From contig JAZKTU010000001.1 in assembly GCA_036625385.1 (NCBI GenBank), positions 14,865 through 78,864 on the forward strand: a DNA stretch of 64,000 nt. The letters are read 5' to 3'. Shown piece by piece: positions 58,462 to 64,000 of the stretch. The number at the start of each line of letters is the position of its first letter. Position 1 is the stretch's first letter. The translations under genes and the position numbers were made by a program. This DNA is from Halovenus sp. Lineage in GTDB: Archaea; Halobacteriota; Halobacteria; Halobacteriales; Haloarculaceae. Under the pieces are notes generated by a model, which was not told the origin of the DNA, did not search any database, and was given only the letters and a program-made list of their open reading frames with translations.

Positions 58462-58523
58462 CACTGCCGGCTGTAACTTCCTGGAGCTATTTGCCACTAT
58501 GAGGCGTAACGGACGGGCAGGTA
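58462..58523. mobile_element. Degenerate family C remnant
   Basis: TCA|CACTGCCGGCTGTAAC; right arm poorly preserved. Confidence 0.45.
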
Positions 58524-58578
58524 TAGCCTTTGGTCCGTCCGGGAAACGCCTTTGGCGGGCGGGGTCGATGTGTGGCGT

Positions 58579-59439
58579 ATGATAGACGAGACAGCCGCGG
58601 AGATCGCGGACATGCAGACCCACAGTTCCTCCATCGTTGCAGTAAAGGCCGCGCGGGCGCTGCTTGCGCTGACCGACCGCGAGTTCCCGACTGTCGACGC
58701 GTATCTGCAGGCACTCGAACGAAACAGCAACGCGCTCCGGCGGGCAAATCCCTCGCACGCCTCCCTGCACACCACGCAGCGCGAAATCGTCGAACGGGTC
58801 GTCGACGCGGAGGTGTCGACAGTCGAGGCGGCACAGGCCGAAACCGAAGCGGCCGTCGACGCCGCCGTCGAGCGCGTCGAGACCGGGAAGCGGCGGGCGG
58901 CAGCGGAGGCCGCCGCGGAACTGGTGGACGGGGAGACGCTTTTGACCCACGACTACTCCACGACCGTCCTCGCCGCCCTCGAGCAGGCCGTGGCGGACGG
59001 GGCGACGTTTACCGTTTACGTGACCGAAGCCCGGCCCCGGTTCATGGGGCGGAAGATGGCCCGTCAGCTCGCGACGTTCGACGAAATCGAGACACATCTC
59101 ATCGTCGACAGTGCGCACGGAAACTACCTGCCGGCGTGTGACCGGGTTCTCGTCGGGATAACCTGTGTCGTCGAGGGGTTGCTTTACAACCGCGTCGGGA
59201 CGTATCCGATCGCGACAACCGCGGCACACCAGGGGGTACCGGTGGCCGCACTCGGGTCGTCGGCCAAACTCGTCGACGGCGGCTTCTCCTTCGAGAACGA
59301 CTACCGGGTAGCCAGCGAAGTGATGCGCGAACCGGCAGAGGGGTTCGCCATCGAGAATCCAGCATACGACGCCACGCCGACGGTCCTGCTCGACAGCATT
59401 ATCACCGACGACGGTGTCGTCGACCCGACCGCGGAGTAG
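58579..59439 (+). CDS. eIF-2B alpha/beta/delta family protein
   Basis: LTHDYSTTV, TEARP, NRVGT, ENPAYDATP. Confidence 0.85.
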   Translation: MIDETAAEIADMQTHSSSIVAVKAARALLALTDREFPTVDAYLQALERNSNALRRANPSHASLHTTQREIVERVVDAEVSTVEAAQAETEAAVDAAVERVETGKRRAAAEAAAELVDGETLLTHDYSTTVLAALEQAVADGATFTVYVTEARPRFMGRKMARQLATFDEIETHLIVDSAHGNYLPACDRVLVGITCVVEGLLYNRVGTYPIATTAAHQGVPVAALGSSAKLVDGGFSFENDYRVASEVMREPAEGFAIENPAYDATPTVLLDSIITDDGVVDPTAE

Positions 59440-59545
59440 AACACCCCCCATCCGGGTGCTGTGCCTGCAGCGGCGCACGGTTTATCGGCAAAACAGTCGT
59501 GAACGGTAACGTGGATTTTTATCCACAGACCGTCTTTCGGTACCC

Positions 59546-60673
59546 GTGAGTACGCTGGTCGTCTGTCTCTACCGGGGAACCCTGCCGGGTGTCGAACCGC
59601 CGGTCGTCGGTCGGGAGGCCGTCGAATCGCTCGTCATGGCCGCCGGTATCGACGACCCCGAAGACAGCAGGGTCAACTGCATCCTGGAGGGACTGCGGGT
59701 CGCTGGGACCCTCGATGACGGCATCGTAGCGGTGCTCTCCGCGCCGGACGATGCCGTCGGGAGCGACCGCGCCATCGCAAGGCAGGTCGACGACCTCGTC
59801 GCCGAGTACGACCCCGCTTCGGCTGTCGTCGTCGTCGACAGCGCCGAGGACGAACGGCTCGTCCCGATCGTCGAGAGTCGCGTCCAGGTCGACGCCGTCG
59901 ACCGCCTCGTCGTCCGCCAGGCCCGCGATATCGAGTCGACCTACTACCTGCTCAAGCAGTTCCTCGCGGACGAGGAACTCCGGAAGACGGTACTCGTCCC
60001 GGTCGGGGCAGCCATGCTCGCGTTCCCGGCTCTGCTCTACGTTGCCGAGAGTATGACCGTCGCGCTCGCCTCCATCGCGGCTGTCGTCGGCGTCTTTTTG
60101 CTCTACAAGGGCCTCAGCATCGACGACTTCCTCGCGAACCTCTCCTCGGGAATTCGGGAAGCGATGTACGCGGGGCAGGTGTCGCTCGTGACGTACGTCG
60201 TTGCGGTGGGGCTCGCCCTCGTCGGTATCTTCGTCGGGCTGTTGGGCGTCTCCTCGCTGGAGGTCGATGGGATCGGAGAATTGCTGCTCGCGATGCAGTT
60301 TACCCACCAGGCCATCCCGTGGCTGACGGCTGCTGCACTGACGGCAAGCGCCGGTCGGCTCCTCGACGAGTTCATCCGCGACGACGATATCGGGAGCACG
60401 TATGTGAATCTCCCCTTCGTCGCCGTCGCCGTCGGTCTCGCTATCCGGGGATTCGCGGCGTATTTCCTCCAGCGGTCTGGCCTCGCCAGTCGGGTGATCG
60501 TCCCGGAGATGGCGTACGGACCGGTCGATGTGGAAGCGGTGACGCTCGCCCCCGGGACACACCTCGCGGTGTTCGTCCTCGCGAGTATAGTCGTGAGCCT
60601 CGTGGGCGTGCGGGTGGCGGCGTACGTCAGCGGCGTCGACTATGACGTCGGCCTCGAGGGACGGCGCTCCTGA
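59546..60673 (+). CDS. DUF373 family membrane protein
   Basis: DPEDSRVN, DSAEDE, VVRQARDIESTYY, followed by TM helices. Confidence 0.85.
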   Translation: MSTLVVCLYRGTLPGVEPPVVGREAVESLVMAAGIDDPEDSRVNCILEGLRVAGTLDDGIVAVLSAPDDAVGSDRAIARQVDDLVAEYDPASAVVVVDSAEDERLVPIVESRVQVDAVDRLVVRQARDIESTYYLLKQFLADEELRKTVLVPVGAAMLAFPALLYVAESMTVALASIAAVVGVFLLYKGLSIDDFLANLSSGIREAMYAGQVSLVTYVVAVGLALVGIFVGLLGVSSLEVDGIGELLLAMQFTHQAIPWLTAAALTASAGRLLDEFIRDDDIGSTYVNLPFVAVAVGLAIRGFAAYFLQRSGLASRVIVPEMAYGPVDVEAVTLAPGTHLAVFVLASIVVSLVGVRVAAYVSGVDYDVGLEGRRS

Positions 60674-60733
60674 CAGGCAAGAGCACGCGACACGGATCAC
60701 ACCCGTTTTACTCGCCGACCGGTACGGACCGCT

Positions 60734-61147
60734 ATGGAGGAAGTAGTGCACGCAAGAGGCCACGAGCACGTCAGTGCCGAGCACGCGAGTACCTTCGAGG
60801 TGACGACCGACGACTTCCTGACCCCGGCAGGCGACTGCATCCTCGCCATCGAGGCCGACCGCGCCCCTGCCGACTTCGGGGAGTCATTCGTAGCCGCCTG
60901 CGCGGACATGGCGGCGACGATCGTTGCGACCATCGAAGTCGAGGGCAGGACGGCGCGCGTCGAGGGTGGGGGACACCCGGACCTGACCTTCGCCAGCGAG
61001 CGAAGCGCCGTGGCGCGCACCAGCACGTACGTCGACGACCGGACGGTGATGGTCGGGGCGGACGCGGCGGCACGGGATATCGACCGAGAGATCGTCGACG
61101 CGCTCGCAGCGGGTGCCGACCTGTGCCTGCGGCTTGCGGTCGAGTGA
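60734..61147 (+). CDS. DUF371 family protein
   Basis: ARGHEHVSAEHASTFEVT, LTPAGDCI. Confidence 0.88.
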   Translation: MEEVVHARGHEHVSAEHASTFEVTTDDFLTPAGDCILAIEADRAPADFGESFVAACADMAATIVATIEVEGRTARVEGGGHPDLTFASERSAVARTSTYVDDRTVMVGADAAARDIDREIVDALAAGADLCLRLAVE

Positions 61148-61184
61148 GTGGGTGGACGCGGCCCGCGTCGAGACGTCGCCGTGC

Positions 61185-61973
61185 TCACCCCTGTGACGGC
61201 GTGTGCTCGCGAGCGAGAGCGGCCAGAGACGACCGGAGTTCCGTCGTCGTGGCGGCGACGAACCAGTGGTCACCCGACTCGCTGTCGAGGCCGCTCTCGG
61301 CGGCGAACAGTTCACCGAGGTGTTGTTCGTCCTCGTCGGGACGGTAACAGACGATGCCGTCCATCCGACCGCGGGCGAGCAACCCCCAGTGAACCGTCGG
61401 GCTCCAGCTCTCGACACGGCGTTTGCACCGTGTTTCGACCGCACGGTTGAGCCGCTCGGAAACCTCGCTGTGCTCGGGGACCTGTTTCACGTCGTGGCCG
61501 ATGACCGAGACGACCGTCGCCCGGGCCGGCGGACGGCTACTCGTCGCCTCGACGGGGCGACCGTTGTAGCGGACGCCCTCGCCCGCCCGACCGACGTACA
61601 GGTCGTCGGGAACGGGAACGTAGACGACACCGACCTCGGGTGCCCCATCGACGAGAACCGCCACCGCCGTCGCGAAAGTCGGGAGCCCGGCCTCGAAGTC
61701 GTTCGTCCCGTCGAGCGGGTCCACAATCCACCGGTACCGGTCGTCGCCCTCGTGTCTCCCCGACTCCTCGGCGACGACGTGGTGGCCCGGGAACCGGGAC
61801 TGGATGATGCCGAGAACTCGTTCCTCCGATCCGGTGTCGGCACTCGATTTCACGTCGTGGTCGAGATGTCTGGCAGTGGTCTGTTCCGACCGGAACGCCT
61901 CGCGGAGGTACCGACCCCCGGCGAGGCAGGCATCGATCGCCGTTCGCTCCAGTTCGACGGTCTCCGGGGACAT
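61185..61973 (-). CDS. Inositol monophosphatase family protein
   Basis: AEESG, WIVDPLDGTNDF. Confidence 0.88.
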   Translation of the reverse strand: MSPETVELERTAIDACLAGGRYLREAFRSEQTTARHLDHDVKSSADTGSEERVLGIIQSRFPGHHVVAEESGRHEGDDRYRWIVDPLDGTNDFEAGLPTFATAVAVLVDGAPEVGVVYVPVPDDLYVGRAGEGVRYNGRPVEATSSRPPARATVVSVIGHDVKQVPEHSEVSERLNRAVETRCKRRVESWSPTVHWGLLARGRMDGIVCYRPDEDEQHLGELFAAESGLDSESGDHWFVAATTTELRSSLAALAREHTPSQG

Positions 61974-62111
61974 ACGCCGCTGGCCGCGCGGGAGACAAAA
62001 ATGCGTTGTGGTACGCGGGTGGCTGAACGGGGGACACACCGGGGGTTACCGCCGGGTGTCCGGACGGGACGTCTCCGTGGGTTTCTTGTCACTGGCAGGA
62101 ACCCGCTTACT

Positions 62112-62417
62112 ATGGACGAACAGAGAGAAGTTGCTGCATTCATCGAGCGACACGACCTCGAGACGCCGGCGGCCTACCGGCTGCTCGACCTCGTCGCCGA
62201 ACTCGGGGAGGTATCGAAGGAGGCGCTCACCTCGACAGCCTACGGCGAGAAAGCCGAAGCCGTCGAGGTCAGTACCGACGAAGTCGGTGACGTCCTCTTT
62301 GCACTGCTCGCCGTCGCCGAGCAACTCGACATCGATGCGGGGGCGGCGCTCGACGAGTCGCTGACGAAATACCGGAGCCGGCTGGACGGTGCCGAGACAC
62401 CCGGGTCCGGCGAGTAA
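62112..62417 (+). CDS. MazG-like nucleotide pyrophosphohydrolase
   Basis: LVAELGEVSKE, DEVGDVLFALL. Confidence 0.85.
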   Translation: MDEQREVAAFIERHDLETPAAYRLLDLVAELGEVSKEALTSTAYGEKAEAVEVSTDEVGDVLFALLAVAEQLDIDAGAALDESLTKYRSRLDGAETPGSGE

Positions 62418-62458
62418 CAGCCGACGACGACCGAAAGCTGCCGGATCCCGTCGTCAAC

Positions 62459-63532
62459 TCACAGCGACTCGGGGTCGAGCCGCCGGACGTACTGCCGAGC
62501 ACCGGCGTACAGGGCAACAGCGAGCGCCGAGAAGCCCGCCACGTGCAGGAACGTCGTTCTCGTCGCGCTGTCGACCGAAAGCAACGCGACGGTCTGCCCG
62601 GGGTGTTCGGGGAGGGCAGCCGCAAGCGCGAACAACAAGAGGACGAGAACCGAGTAGAGGAGCTGTGCCTGGCGGCGCTTGCCGGTCACGAGTCCGAGGA
62701 AGACACCGACGACGACGGTCACGAGCGCGAGCGCAGTCACCAGGACGAGCAACGGCAGGACGTTCCCGATGGCGATACCGTTGACCCACAGCAGTGCGAG
62801 CCACAACAGCGCCTGCGCAGGGGCGATGGCCACCATCGCAGCAGCCTTTCCGTCGACGATATCCGTCATCGAAACCGGCGCAACCCGGAGTAGTTCGAGC
62901 GTGCCCCGCTCGATCTCCTCGGTGATCGAGTCGACGACGATGGAGCCGCTGATAAACGGCGGCAAGAACAGCAGGAGCGGTATCAGGATGGTGTAGGTGA
63001 ACCCGAAGAACGGGCTGGAGTCACCCTCCTCGGGCACTTCGAGTGGCACGAACTCGAGGTGGTCGAGGCGGCCGAGACGCTCGGTTCGCTCGAGTTCGGT
63101 CAGCATCGAGCGGACCTGGACGACGATGAGCGTCGTGCGGAGGTCCTCGGCGGGCACCGTCGCCGTGACGTCGAGACGGTCTCCTCCCTCCTCACCCTCG
63201 ACACGGGAGACAGTGAGGAGCGCGTCGATATCACCCCGCTCGAACACCTGAAGCGCGTTATCGGTGTCCTGGATGATGAACGGGTCGAGGCCCGCCTCGC
63301 GCGCCGCCGCCGCGAGTTTGTCGCGTTCTTCGCCGGAGATACCGACGCTAATCTCGCCGCCTGCGACGGAACCGGGGTCGTAAAGCGAGGTGAGTCCGAC
63401 GACCAGAAACGACGAGAACGTCGCGATGAAAAGCTGGATGAGGATCGCCAGCACGATCGTCTTCTCGCGGGAAAGCGCCGAGAGGTCCCGGCGGGCGATC
63501 GTCGTTTTCGGGGCCGAGCCGATGTCACGCAA
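62459..63532 (-). CDS. ABC-2 type transporter permease
   Basis: IARRDL, DSITEEIERGTLELLRVAP, GK; TTG start overlaps the upstream stop. Confidence 0.85.
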   Translation of the reverse strand: MRDIGSAPKTTIARRDLSALSREKTIVLAILIQLFIATFSSFLVVGLTSLYDPGSVAGGEISVGISGEERDKLAAAAREAGLDPFIIQDTDNALQVFERGDIDALLTVSRVEGEEGGDRLDVTATVPAEDLRTTLIVVQVRSMLTELERTERLGRLDHLEFVPLEVPEEGDSSPFFGFTYTILIPLLLFLPPFISGSIVVDSITEEIERGTLELLRVAPVSMTDIVDGKAAAMVAIAPAQALLWLALLWVNGIAIGNVLPLLVLVTALALVTVVVGVFLGLVTGKRRQAQLLYSVLVLLLFALAAALPEHPGQTVALLSVDSATRTTFLHVAGFSALAVALYAGARQYVRRLDPESL

Positions 63533-64000
63533 CGGCGACCACCACCGTGAAGTTGTAGAGGAAATGGACGGCCATCGCCCCCGTGACGGCGACGAGATAG
63601 GGACGTTTGCCCCGGCTTGCACCGACCGCGGAGATGGCTGCTGTGACGACGTGCAAGGCAAGCGGCGCGAGGAGGAACAGCCCCAGGACGAGGAGCGACG
63701 AGGTGGGGTCCGTGATAACCCCGCCCTGCAGTCCAGCCTCCCCGATGCGAAGCTCTTCGAGACCGACGAGCTGTGCCAGGAGCGCGATTTTCTCGGCGAG
63801 GAAGAAGCCGATGCCGCTTGTCACCCCGAGCAGGAGTGCTGTCTTCGTCGCTGTCGGGAACCGCCGGTGCTCGTACGCGGCGTAGACGTGGAGGCTCTTG
63901 GCTAACTCCTCGACGACAGCCACGACGACGAGTACGAAGAGGACGGAGATCTCCACCGGGAAGCTCCCCGTAAAGCCCCCGAGCGGGAATAGCAACGCGA
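63525..64000 (-). CDS. PrsW-type intramembrane metalloprotease domain protein, C-terminal part (5' end outside window)
   Basis: VVEELAK, GIGFFLAEK, LH, HFLYN. Confidence 0.75.
   Translation of the reverse strand, partial: ALLFPLGGFTGSFPVEISVLFVLVVVAVVEELAKSLHVYAAYEHRRFPTATKTALLLGVTSGIGFFLAEKIALLAQLVGLEELRIGEAGLQGGVITDPTSSLLVLGLFLLAPLALHVVTAAISAVGASRGKRPYLVAVTGAMAVHFLYNFTVVVAVA

Overview
GC-rich chromosomal DNA from a halophilic archaeon (class Halobacteria, inferred from acidic proteins, korAB, trmB, gfcR, aglF and CPxCG microproteins). It is mostly housekeeping. It carries a central-carbon cluster (ppc, mgsA, pyk, GAPN-like dehydrogenase, trmB), a glycerol cluster (glpABC, two glpK copies, a membrane protein, a Cdc6-like ATPase) and a semi-phosphorylative Entner-Doudoroff cluster (kdgK, gad, aldolase, HAD, gfcR) interrupted by a decayed tnpB IS200/IS605 element. 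Also present are korAB, EF-1beta, purB, glmU-like/glmS/aglF, gap, psmB, a phosphohexomutase and an intein-containing rtcB. No rRNA, tRNA or CRISPR array was seen. The most unusual signal is intergenic: about 17 complete or partial copies of small non-coding palindromic elements. Family A is 108-109 bp (TACGG...CCGTA), family C is 75-78 bp (TACTGCCGGCT...) and family B is 79 bp (two identical copies). A and C are flanked by 3-bp direct repeats, mostly TGA/TCA, that are often the neighbouring gene's stop codon. Their arms co-vary within each copy, their length stays fixed despite divergent interiors, and they insert into one another. The window also has a protein-less IS605-type cassette that may retain an omega-RNA, tiny twin-hairpin inserts inside both ends of the tnpB element, and a recurrent TrmB-type palindrome. 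All coordinates and alignments were read by eye.
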